Below, piece by piece: positions 1 to 12,000 of a stretch of DNA of 64,000 bases. Each line of letters starts with the position of its first letter. Within the stretch, counting starts at the first letter, position 1. The notes beneath the pieces were generated by a model, which saw nothing but the letters and a program-made list of their open reading frames with translations, made no database searches and was not told the origin of the DNA. Source of the stretch: Chrysemys picta bellii (lineage: Eukaryota); contig NC_088793.1 of the NCBI RefSeq assembly GCF_011386835.1, positions 84,754,001 through 84,818,000 on the forward strand, given 5' to 3'. A program made the position numbers and the translations under genes.

Positions 1-91
1 GTGACATAAAACTGTGAACCATTGCTGTGACGTCCCTTGTTGGCCATCCCAAGAATCCCTCTTTTGTTGTGAGGAATGGAAAAGTTTTCAT
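1..91 (-). CDS. PPIL6: PPIL6 exon 7, truncated (DENFSIPHNKRGILGMANKGRHSNGSQFYV)
   Basis: ttctag| acceptor at 92-93; cyclophilin MAN.G..SNGSQF motif. Confidence 0.95.
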   Translation of the reverse strand, partial: MKTFPFLTTKEGFLGWPTRDVTAMVHSFMS

Positions 92-3000
92 CTAGAAAGT
101 TTACAGTAATAAATGATCATAGATTTAGTTTGCCTCCTTCCACTTTTACTCACTGTTCCAACTGCTACAGCCCCTCCTCTTCTACAACCCCTTTCTCGCC
201 TCTTGCTTCCTTCTCCCTCTCCCCCATTCTTATTACTTTCTTTCCTATTATATACTGTACATTGGGAGCCTTTCAGCAGGTCTCCCTTCAACTTGCCCCC
301 AAGGTACTGAATGGAAATGAAGGGGACTACAGCTTCCTTTGACTCTGGATCACTGGATTCTGCTTCCTAGAAAGAGGTTTAGAAATAATTTTGGGTTATC
401 CTCCTGGAAAAAAACCTTAGTGATAAATATTCAAAATGTAGCTGCTAACATGCTGCAGACTTTTTTAATATTATGACAATTCTGCTATAGCATCTTTTAT
501 TTGAGGATCTCAGAGCACTTGAGAAATAACAGTGTATAGGCTGGTTAGCATTATTCCTATTTTATGGATGAGGAAACTGAGGCACTTAGAAGTGAAAGGC
601 CTGATTTTCAGCGGTGCTAAGTACTCCTAGTTCTGTGCCATAATGACTTGTCCTGAGTCAGATGGTAAGTCAACAGCAGAACGAAAAGTAGAACCCAGAA
701 CTGTTGACTCCTAGACTCTCATTCTAACCCTCCATATTAACTTCCAGTTGCTAATTTTTAGGGAGCACCAAGTTCTATCATGTTCTGGGAACTATATGAT
801 TAAAGGCCAGCTGGGGCTATGGGATGGGATAAAAAGGGAGAGAGTTAGCAGTGGTGACAACACTGGATTTATTGCAGTTTCTTCCCTTGGCATTAGACAG
901 GGATGAGGATGAAAAGAGACACTGGGCTACAATTTTCTTTCCACCTTTGCTCAGTGTTCTGTGCAACGATCAGAGAAAATCCAAAAATCCAGTGCAGCCA
1001 TTGTCACCGCAGAGCTTACTTTCCTCACCAAAGTACACATTACACAATGCCATGCTTAAACACAATTAACTAAACCACATCAAACGCTTTATCAGAACAG
1101 CTTACAATAACTGGCATGTTTATTTAGAAGACTCGCTCTGTGCTGTTTGCTGCATATGGAGAGTTAACAAGAGCAAATAAAAAGCAAACTGAAGTCAAAG
1201 GAGTTACAGCAGGGATGGGGAGAAGAGCTAAAAGAGCAGAGAGGTAGGCAGCAGCTTATGCAGGGACCTGAAGGCCAGGACAAGTTGCTTAGGACTGTTG
1301 TGAAGGGTGAGGGGATTAGTTGAGGGGTAGAACATGGCTGGAGTGGCAGGTAATTTAGATATTTGCAGCAGGATTTCGGAAGGATGACAGGCTATCATGG
1401 AGAAGATGGAGAGTTGTTTAGCAAATACACTCATAGCACAAAGAACAGATTTTTAATTGAGGAAGTCTGAGTGGTCCCTGGATTTTCTCCAGAAGCATTC
1501 CGTGGTGCAGAAGAGTAATGGATGCAAAGTGTAAGACACATTTTGGAGGTGGGAGAGCCCAAGAAACAGGGTGCAGAAGAGAAAAGAGTTGTTGATGAAC
1601 ATGAGTCAGCTGAGGAGAGGGAGGCCAGGGAGGGAAAGAAAGAGGGTGGAAAGCCTCAGAGAATGAATACTGATGGACAGGAAGTCACAGAAGGAATGAG
1701 AGATATGCCTGGGGGATGGGGATGGTGGAGGAATTGATACAGATCTGCAAGCTGAAACATCTCTAAGCCCCTTTGCTGCTTAGGCGGATATATCATATTG
1801 TGTAAGCAAGAACCCAAGGAGAGCTCTTCACAAACTCAAAAGGACTGATGGAAATTTGGGCTGAAGATGTGAGTAGGGACTTTATTATTCTTTCATGTTT
1901 TGTTATTCTTATTCTGAGGTTTGTTCTCCCAAACTAATTAATAAAAATGGCAATTAAATTCTAAATGAAACAGTTGCTCCTATGCTGCTACTTGCAAATT
2001 GCAGTAATGACTTCAGCAGTGTAATTTTGGATTAGGCTTCTTTGTTTTAAAAAAACCGACACTTCAGTCCAAGTGGTTTTCTGTAATTACCTCAGTACTT
2101 TGCGCTAATTTCAGGGAAATGTAGAAACATCCTATTCATGTCACAGAATGTTGCAGTGAATGGATGTTTGTCAACTGTGGACATTCATAGAATCTTAGCA
2201 TATGTGAGTGGCATGTGTCACTGTTCTCAGACAGCAAAAATATCTATGTAAATAGTTTGGTGGAAAACAGTAGGAAAGCCATATAATCATCACATTAAAA
2301 TTCCATATCTGAGTGAGCACCTTTATAAAGGACTGAAAAGAATTATCTTTTAATTTTAAAAGAGGGTACAATATGGACAATCTTCTCTTTTGAAGAATTG
2401 GTATTTGTGGTGTGTGAAAGAGGGTAATAAAATTCCTTTTAGGGACAATTATAAGGTTGACAGAACTCAAATTAAGTCTATTTTAAAATTAAATTAACTT
2501 TCCTAATCCTATAATATCTACCGCTGCCTCAAACAGAATTACAAGAGTGATAAAAGACAAGCTTCTCTCCAAGATAACAAATGACAGGTACTGGGTTTGT
2601 CTGGAGGAACACACACAGAGTTGCAAGTCACTAAATCCTCTAATTTGATAATCCTGACTCTGCCAATGTCTTGCTGTGTGGCCTTGGGCTAGTCACTTTT
2701 CCTCTCTTAGTTTTCCCTATCTGTAAAATGGAGAACACACTACTTACCTCACATGGATGTTGTGAGGATTAACATTGGAACAGTATGTTGTATATGTAAA
2801 GCACTACAAAATATTAAGTACTAGAGTGGCATTTATGCCACAGTCCTGCACAGAGTGGGTGGAGCTACACCAGTCCAGGAGAAGCAACGGCAGAGGTTGT
2901 GCCTCAGGCACACACTCTCCCAGCTGGGGCTGCCCAGTGCACACTGCTGTTTGTTTTAGGATTGCCCAGATTGTTCCTGCCAGCAGGATAGCCCACAGTT

Positions 3001-6000
3001 TCCAGAACAGCTCTGGAGCAAGTGCACTGAAAGAGAACATATAAAGAATAGCAGATGCACAGCTGGTAGTGTTCCAGTACCGTCTGTATTAGTTATCTAT
3101 GCAGCGTGGGTAGGGAAGAGGAATCGAATGAAGATTTCTAGCATGTTATTAAAATGTCTTGGTTTCCATTGATTTATCTTATAGACCTGATTGATGGTTT
3201 CCCCAGGAAACAGGTTACTTTCTTGCTGAGAATCCTGTGTTCTGAGGATCTATGCTTCACACTACTCCAGGTGCATGTGATGTTGGAAGGAGGACAGGCC
3301 ACTCTCCGACTTTCTCTTGCCCAATTTTTGGTAGGCAATGTGCAGTGCTGCCTGAGGGAAAGGGACAGGGACTCTGAGAAAAGGTTGCAGGCTTTGTGGG
3401 AATCATTTGTTTAATTTTCAATGACTTGAAAGTTCCTGTAAACTTTCCTCCATGTCTATGCTACTTTCCAGCAAGGCAGCACCGTAGCAATAATTCATAT
3501 GTTCCTAAAAACAGTCCAATTACCTGGATATAGTTTAAATGCAAACTTTGCTTAGTCCTGCAGTCTCAAGGTGCGAATCACTTCTTATTGTCACTGAAAA
3601 CTTAACTGTCTTTGAAAACAAAGACTGCAGTTACACTTGGTGGGTGAGGCAATATCTTTTATTGGACCAACTTCAAGAAGAGCCTTGTGTTGCTCGAAAG
3701 CTTGTCTTTCTCACTAAGGGTACGTTTTCACTACCCGCTGGACCGGTGGGTAACAATCAATCTATCAAGGCTCGATTTATCGCGTCTCGATTTAGATGCG
3801 ATAAATCAATCCCCGAACGCGCTCCCCGTCGACTCCAGAACTCCACCAGGGCAAGAGGCGGAAGCGGAGTTGACGGGGGAGCCGTGGCCATCGATCCCAT
3901 GCCATGAGGACGGGAGGTAAGTCGATCCAAGATACGTCAACCTCAGCTACGCTATTCTCGTAGCTGAAGTTGCGTATCTTAGATCGATCCCCCCCCCCAG
4001 TGTAGACCAGCCCTAACAGAAGTTTGTCCAATAAAAGCTATTACCTCACCCACCTTGTCTCTCTAATATCGTGGGACCAACACGGCTCCAACTACACTGC
4101 ATGCAGTTACACTTGGCAGTTCTAAACTGTAGGCTGATGGCCAGTTTGCTGAAATGTGACATAATTTGCAACACTGGCAGTAAGGACGCTTTATGTAAGG
4201 GAATATAGACTAGTTCCCAGCTGGCTTTAACGGTCATAAAATATCTTTATGGCTAATTGTTAATCTAAACAGGCCCTTCCCCCTTTAAATTGCTGCTTTG
4301 ACTGTTTGAGTTGTTGTTCTTAAATATTGCTCTGCCATTGACAATTTTATTATTCTTATGATTATAGGGGTTTGCACCTTTGGTTTGATGTTATGATATG
4401 TAGCTCCTGTTCAGTAATTCTAGATTCTCACAGGTAGAGTTGAGAGACTAAGGGTCTGGCTCTGATCTCACTCTGGTGAGAATCAGGGGTAACTCCATAA
4501 AGTCAGTGAAGTAACAATGCTGTATAAATGAGATCAAAATCTGGTCCTAAGACTCCAAAGCTGCCTGATTCCAGTTTTCTCAGAGTGAAAAACAAGTAAC
4601 TTCCATTAATTTCAGCATATTTAAACCATCCCAGTATAATGATGTGACACAGAGGCCCATTGGTGCCAGCTGGCAAAGGTTTTGCTCTTCTGTAACAGCA
4701 ACTCCTAGCAGGCTTGACAAACTCACTATACGTAACGCACCTCTTTCATAGTATTTATCCATGAAGAAAATCATGTGAGGTCTTAAATGAGAGCCAGTGC
4801 CCCACTGGTTATGAATATTGTCATCAAATGTATGTACATATACTATTTAAAAAGTTATGTATGTATACTAAAAATATGTTCCTAAAGTCTGTATTAAGGG
4901 AGAGTAGACAAACAGGTTTCTGCCAGACAAAGCATGTTCATTCACCTGTCTCTGTTGGTCCGCAGGTAAAGTAAGCATTGTAAATAACAGTGGGGAGTCA
5001 TTTAACAGGAGGATATGAAATCAATAGAAAAAACAAGAGACGGGGGTTCTATTGTCACTGAAGACAGACCAAGAACTCTGGGATATAAGCAGAAGTCAAG
5101 GAGAAACCCCTTTATCCTGCACCATGGAAGTAAACAGAGAGTGCATTTACATTCAAAAAAATGGGATCTCAACCAGCCTTGGAAGGAAATACTATAAAAG
5201 CCTTTGGGTGAGATAAGACTGCTTTAGACAGGAGGTTAGCCTGTTAAGTTTAGTCTCTAAAAAGCATATACTTATTTTGTATTATATGTAATCCTTCTAT
5301 ATCCATTATTCTTAATCACTATCTCTTATATCTTGGTCTTTGATAATAAATTTATGATTGTTTTCGCTATAAACTTATCTTAGTGCTGTGGTATTGCACA
5401 AAGAGCTGATCCTGAGTTGAATTGTGGAAGCTGGTGTGTATAGTGTTCCCTTGGGGCAGCAGGCACAGTATTACTGTTAGTGTTCAGTCAATAAGGGGCT
5501 GAACACTAGAGGGAAATGCTTCAAAGGGCTTGGGGACTAGGGTGCATCTGTTGGTTACAGCTGTCAGGGAAAGTAAGGGCAGGCAGAGCCCTGAGGAGAT
5601 TGTTTGGGTGGCTAACAGGCTGATGATGTCAAGGAGCTGACACCCAGTTAATCACCAGAAAGTCTTTCTACTGCTGGAGGCAGGGGGGTAACAAGGTTTT
5701 TCACAGTCCTGGCCATTCTGAGAATCATCACAAATGAATATGTGGTATCAGTGGAAGCACAGAACCCATACTTAACATTTACCCATTATAGTACTTCAAA
5801 TTTTCAAAGCCCTTTTACAAGCATGAATGTTCATAACGTTCCTGTCAGATAGGTTGTTAAGTATTATTCTTATTTTACAGTTGGAGAAAATGGACACAGA
5901 CAGGTGAAACTGAAAAATCAGATAGTGAGGCAGTGGCAAAGCCAGGATTACCAGTCAGAAAAATCAACCCACTAAAGCAGTTTGCCAGGAGAACTATGTT

Positions 6001-9000
6001 AATAACAATTAGAGAATAATCCTGACTGATACGAGAAAGTCTAAAACCGCTGTTGAGATATAAGTGATGAAAATGAAAGAAAAAAAAACTAACTAAACCT
6101 GAGAACACTTCAATGAAAATCCAGTTATTTACCTGAAGTTTGGCTTATGCATGGTAAGATAAGGAAATTTAAATATACCTTCAAAAGTGGGTCCATAAAT
6201 TGACTCACCACCATCTCCTCTTCCAGCTGTTATGTCTGTATGTGATTAGACAAAAGTGACAGAATACAAATGTTCACCACTGGCATTAATTGACACTTTC
6301 ATTGGGCAGTTTCAACAGAGGTTAAGGACATGGGTCCCAATCCTGCAACTGATAATATGCAGGTGGACTGCTGCACCTGTATGGAGTCTGGTTTGAATTC
6401 AATGGTCTCCGCACAGGTGCAACAGTCTGCCTGCATGCTATCAACTGCAGGATTGGGGCCTTACTGGAATTGCAGAATGAATTAATCTCTCACTCCAAGG
6501 AGGTGGCGTCTCCAGAAATAACTACGCCATATATACAATAAGAAACATATATATATACATAAAAATACCTTCTTGTTGCTATGCTAATACAAGTACCTGC
6601 GTACCTAGTTTCCAAAGTTTAGTAACATACTTCAAGAGTGTTGCTGGACTGAGGTACTAGTCTTAAGGAACAGATTTCAGTATATGAAAATGTGCCACAG
6701 TGAATACGCCCTGTATCCATAAATAATTACCCGTGCTTAGAACAAGGGATGATGAAAATAAGGATCTGATAATATAACAAGTCAGGGCCAGCAAGCCTTT
6801 AGTAAACTCCCAGCCATTACGCAAAACTGACAAGTATAGGAAACACAAAAACACAATTGAAAAGAGTTTGAAAAACAAAAAACAAAACAACTTGTGTTAG
6901 TTTATTTAAACTCTTGTATATGCCAGTCAGGTAAAAGGAAATCCTCCTCAGAAGTAAGCCAATTATTTTAAGTTGCTCTTCTGGACCTCAGATGTATTTC
7001 TGTTAGTTACTTGGGAAAAGCAAAAAGGATATCTTGGAAATCTGATCTTAAAATGGCATTAAGTAAACAATGTTTGGAGTAGGAAGGAAACAGGGAAGAG
7101 TTGCAGGGAGGTGAGAAAGGAAGCTGAGAGGAAGAAATGAAGGAAATCCCTTCAAACACACCTAACTATGTTTACTTTTACTGAAATGCTCTGTTTTCTT
7201 GGATTACTCATAATTTACTAAGCTATTTCCTAGATTCATAATGACACTTTTCAGGCACAACCCCAATGTTCAAATATGCTCCATGTCACCAAAACCTTTG
7301 GATATCTATGACTGGTTAAATACTCCTGTAAAGTAACATCTATACAAAACACATAGGATGTTTCTTATGGATTTTTTCAGTGTTTAAATGTTTCCAGCTA
7401 ATTTCCTAATTTCTTGCCAAAGAGGCTTGTGAAAAACTTTTGGCTAATTAAAAAAAATAATAATATGGACTACTGATTCCTTATCCATGTTTTGCCTATA
7501 ATTAGGGAACAAGATCACCAAGAGAGAAGACACTGCTTTTTGTTGTATATACACCTCAGTTAAAACTTGCCCATCACAAATTGGTTACATCTCTAAGTTC
7601 AGCTTTATTTTGTTGGACAAAATCTACTTTTCATGCTGATTATTCTATCCAAAATCTGAATTACACCAGATTTACAGAAGATGCTTTTAAACCCACCTCC
7701 TCCTTGTAGCCAGCCATTTTTTACTAATCGATGAAAAACTGACTCTTTATAAGTAAGCTCCAGACCACTGCGAGAGGTCCCTGCTTCTCCTGTACACAAA
7801 GAGCGAAAATTCTCACAGGTTTTGGGGCACATATCAGAATAGAGCTGCAAAATGAAGGGAAGTAAGTTTGTAAATAACTTCAAAAGGTCAGATCCTGCAG
7901 CTCTTTCTCTTGAGATAAGGGCTGCAAGACAGGGCCTCATGTTTGCTCTTTTCTTCTGTATCTTACCTCAAATAACAAGGTGCCTGTGGGCTGCTCCTGA
8001 ATAGCTATGTCCAAGTACACAAACACATGCTGTTTAAATCAGGAAAAAAATCCAGTTAAAAAAAAAAAAAGAGTCAAATATCTTCTAAGTGTTCACTATT
8101 ATGATGAAAGACAGTTTAGCTGCTCGGTAAAATGTTCTCAGGCTTCTTTTTATAATGAACCCATAATTAGGTATCAAAACAGCTTTTAGAAATAATAAAA
8201 TATTAGCTATATAATTTAGTATTTTGTTGAAACAAAAAATATTCAGTAAGTTTCAGGTCATTCTTGGACAAAAACACCATTATATTGCACTAGAAGACAT
8301 CAGGCTGGGCCCATTTCATCACTGGTGTAAGAGGTGCAGGTTCACTGAAGCCCATGTAAGATCACAACCAATTAATCCATAGTAACACTGACTGCTATAC
8401 CAAATGGAATCCTTTTGCTGGATGGCTAAATCACTGGTCAGATATAAGGAGGTAAATAATTCAATTCCAGTCAGCAAGAAGCAAACTTAATAATTCAGCA
8501 TTTTTTTTTAGGATAAATTGATCTCTGATAGGAAAAAGACTTTTTAAAAAATTATATGACAACTGAATTAGATTTTCCAGAAACATTCACAAAAATTAAC
8601 CCATTAATCAATCATCATAGTGTTTGGAAAAGGATCGAAAAGTTCTGCTGCTTATCTGAAGCTTATCTGGACATCCGGGGAGAAACCATGGCCCCGCTGA
8701 AGCCAGTTTTTGCCACTGACTTTGATGGAGCCAGGATTTCACCCCTTGAGGGTATGTCTACACAGCAGTTGGAAGCAAGCCTCCCAGCTCAGATAGACAG
8801 ACTCACACTAGTGGGGCTTGAATTAGTTCACTAAAAATAGAAGTATTTACACTCAGGCATATCAGGTTGGAGTTGTGTGGACTTGAGAGCCCAAGCACCA
8901 GCCTGAGCTGCAACATCCATACTCCTATTTTTAGCCTGCTAGCTTAAGACCTGCTAGGATGAGTCTGTCTACCCAGAGTGGGAGGCTTGCTCACAGCTGC

Positions 9001-12000
9001 AGTGTAGACATATTCTGGAAATCTCAAGAGAATAGGTTTACTCATGAGATTTGTAGCACTGTTGATTTTGGTCCTAGCTAAAATTTCACAAAAGCATTTC
9101 TTTCTTTGGCATTTCAGCAGTTTTCATTCCAGTTCTGACCAGAAACAACTTAGCTCTATTCTGTCTATATTCCCTGGCTGCTGAGAGAGAGGGGACATTC
9201 TCTCCTTCCTCCTCGCTGCCAGTAGGAGGTGGCTTTCCACAATTTCCCTCCCCTCTTGGCTGCTAGGAGAAACAATCTCCCACCTCATTTCTCCATTCCC
9301 TGGGTATGGAGACAACTCTTCTTCTTTTCCATAACTCTGGTGGGATTCCAGTGATTATTTCTCTTTGCTGTACCTTCCATGTGGTGGTGGGAGGGAGGAG
9401 AGGATCTAGGCACTACAGTGCAGTTGTCTCCTTTCATTTCTTGTTGGGCTTGCCATTTTGCCCAGTAAGCATGAGGTAGGGCAGGGAGCACTCTGATTAG
9501 TCTTCTGCTCAAGATAACTAGTCAGTGTATTTCACCAAAAGTCCTTTAGTATGACAGCGGCATGAACTTCATTGTAAGTCTATGGTCTTAGACATTGAGA
9601 GTGCAAATCAAGAAGTCAAAAACTGGGTGGCAACCATACTGCAAATTTATATGGATGTATCTATGAAGTCATCAATCCCTCCTATCCCCTCTCCAAGACC
9701 CCACTACCCACCAAATCGCAAGCAAACAAGCAACCCATTGATAAGTCACATCAAATAATTACAGTTAGATAGCATATAGCTGGTAACAGACCCTACAATT
9801 TCCTATTAGAAACCAGTGTAACCTGCCTTGGTGTTTTGCATATGTTTGGTGCAAAAATCCTCAGTAATAGCTTGGTAAAGTGCCACAGGTTTAAAATCTT
9901 GGTAGTTCCACTTGTCATAAGCCCACTTGAGCAGTTCTTGTTCACTTCCCAGCAGTTGGCCATCAATAAAACACATCACGCTGGAGGGATACTCCCAGGT
10001 TTCACCTTTCAGTTCCTGAATTTAGAAGAAAAATGAAAACCTGCAGGAATTACACTTTGGATTTAGTACAGAAGCAGTCAGTAATACATACTCAGATTCC
10101 ATGCTGATGAATGTGGTATAAATACCTAGTTAGATGGATTTTTTCCAGTTTTACTTGTTAGGTGTTTATGCTTTCCCTTCCCAAACTCCAGCCCCCCCTA
10201 AGACCACCACCATGAAAAATAAAACATAGGAATCATACAACTATATTTTGCAACTTCTTCTGAAATCAAGAATAAGTGTCCAAAAGTTATAGAAGGCTTT
10301 CCAAAATCCTGTTATAACAGAACATGATCATAAAAAGAATTATTCTGGTTCCACTTTTGGGTCAGCTTGGAGGTTTGCTTTGGCAAAACCCATTCACCAA
10401 ACTAGGTGCAACCTCTATAGTTATCTATAATTAATCAAGGATACCCCAAGGGAAGCAGGGGCTCTAAACCACATTTCAGCACACTCATATGTAATTGTTG
10501 AGTCTTGTAATTATACTGATTTTTTTAAAGAGATTTTTCCCACCATTGCTATAGCACTTATGCAATTTCATCAGGGCAAGTAACGGTGAGAGAACTAGTA
10601 TTCAGCAACTTCTGAAATTTTTAACAGAGCAACTCTAGACAACAGGGAGTAAAAACACTGGTAGCTGGTCCACTCTAATACTTCCCCATTATCTGCTCCA
10701 GTGCCACAGCAATGATGGGAGATATATTCAGATATACTAAGAAAACTCAGCATAGACATGGCCTAGGGTGGGCTTGTCTACTTTGTGAATTAGCATGCAG
10801 CAAGCCAGGGTATGAATCTATAGTGCACCAGCTTGCCATGCAGTGACTTGACATAGGGGCACTGCTACTATGCATTAAAAGTGCTGGTGGCAGTGGCTGC
10901 ATGGCAAGTTTGTGAACAGGACATTCATGTCATTAACTCATCAAATGAGACAAAGGGCTTGCTACATGAACAATGATGCAATATAGCAATATATGTAACC
11001 GAAAAATCATAAAACAAGAAATTAAGAGCCAATTCTGCTCTCGGATCTATGTTTGCAATTTGTATTGATTTTAATGGACCCGAGGCTCTTGTACCACGCA
11101 CATCACTAGCATATCTAAGACTCTAAATAGATTAGACTGGAACAGAGGTTGCCCCTATGTTTGTTGACCTTAGTTGCAATTTTGGCAACTGTAATGACTG
11201 AGCCATTTTTGTTGCCCATTGGAACAAGCATCTTTGTGGTAGATATATGTAAGAACCCTATTAGGCAAGTCAGATTTTTCATTTTTTTTTTTTTACGATT
11301 TAACATAACAAAGAAAGATTATATTAATGGGGGCTTTCTTCTTTCAGAATTAGGTTTATTATAGGAATTAACCCGGAGACTCAAGATACATTAATATATA
11401 GAAAAAAATTGCCTAAATACCTAAGCATTCACTTTTTAAACATGTTTCATTAGATTGTGATAGTGAAATGTATTAGAGGGCAAGGACAAACCTAGCTGGT
11501 AAGGATGTAGGGTAAATTCAGTCCTGGTGAAAGCAGGCACAATTCAATTGTCTTCACTATAATACTGCTCACTAATGCCAAGGCTGAATTTGGCCCCAAG
11601 CTTCCATATACAGCATATTAGCATCACTGTGATAATAAGTGTTGCGTATACGACCTCTGAAGTCTTAATTTCAATGAAAAGTCTTCAAAATACTGCTTCT
11701 CTGTTGTAAAAATTCCAATTCAAAGAGGGGCTAGATTGGTAATGGTAAAAAGAGATCAGAAACTGCTATATAGAGGACCAAACGTGGGTCCTCTATATAG
11801 CAGGGAAGGAGAGCTAAGAACTGATGATGTCAAGAAGGCTGATATGTTTAAAGCATATTTTGCTTCAATCTCCATTAAAAGGGTAAATGTTGACTAAAGA
11901 CTAATACACCTCTACCTCGATATAACGCTGTCCTTGGGAGCCAAAAAATCTTACCGCGTTATAGGTGAAACCGCGTTATATTGAACTTGCTTTGATCCAC

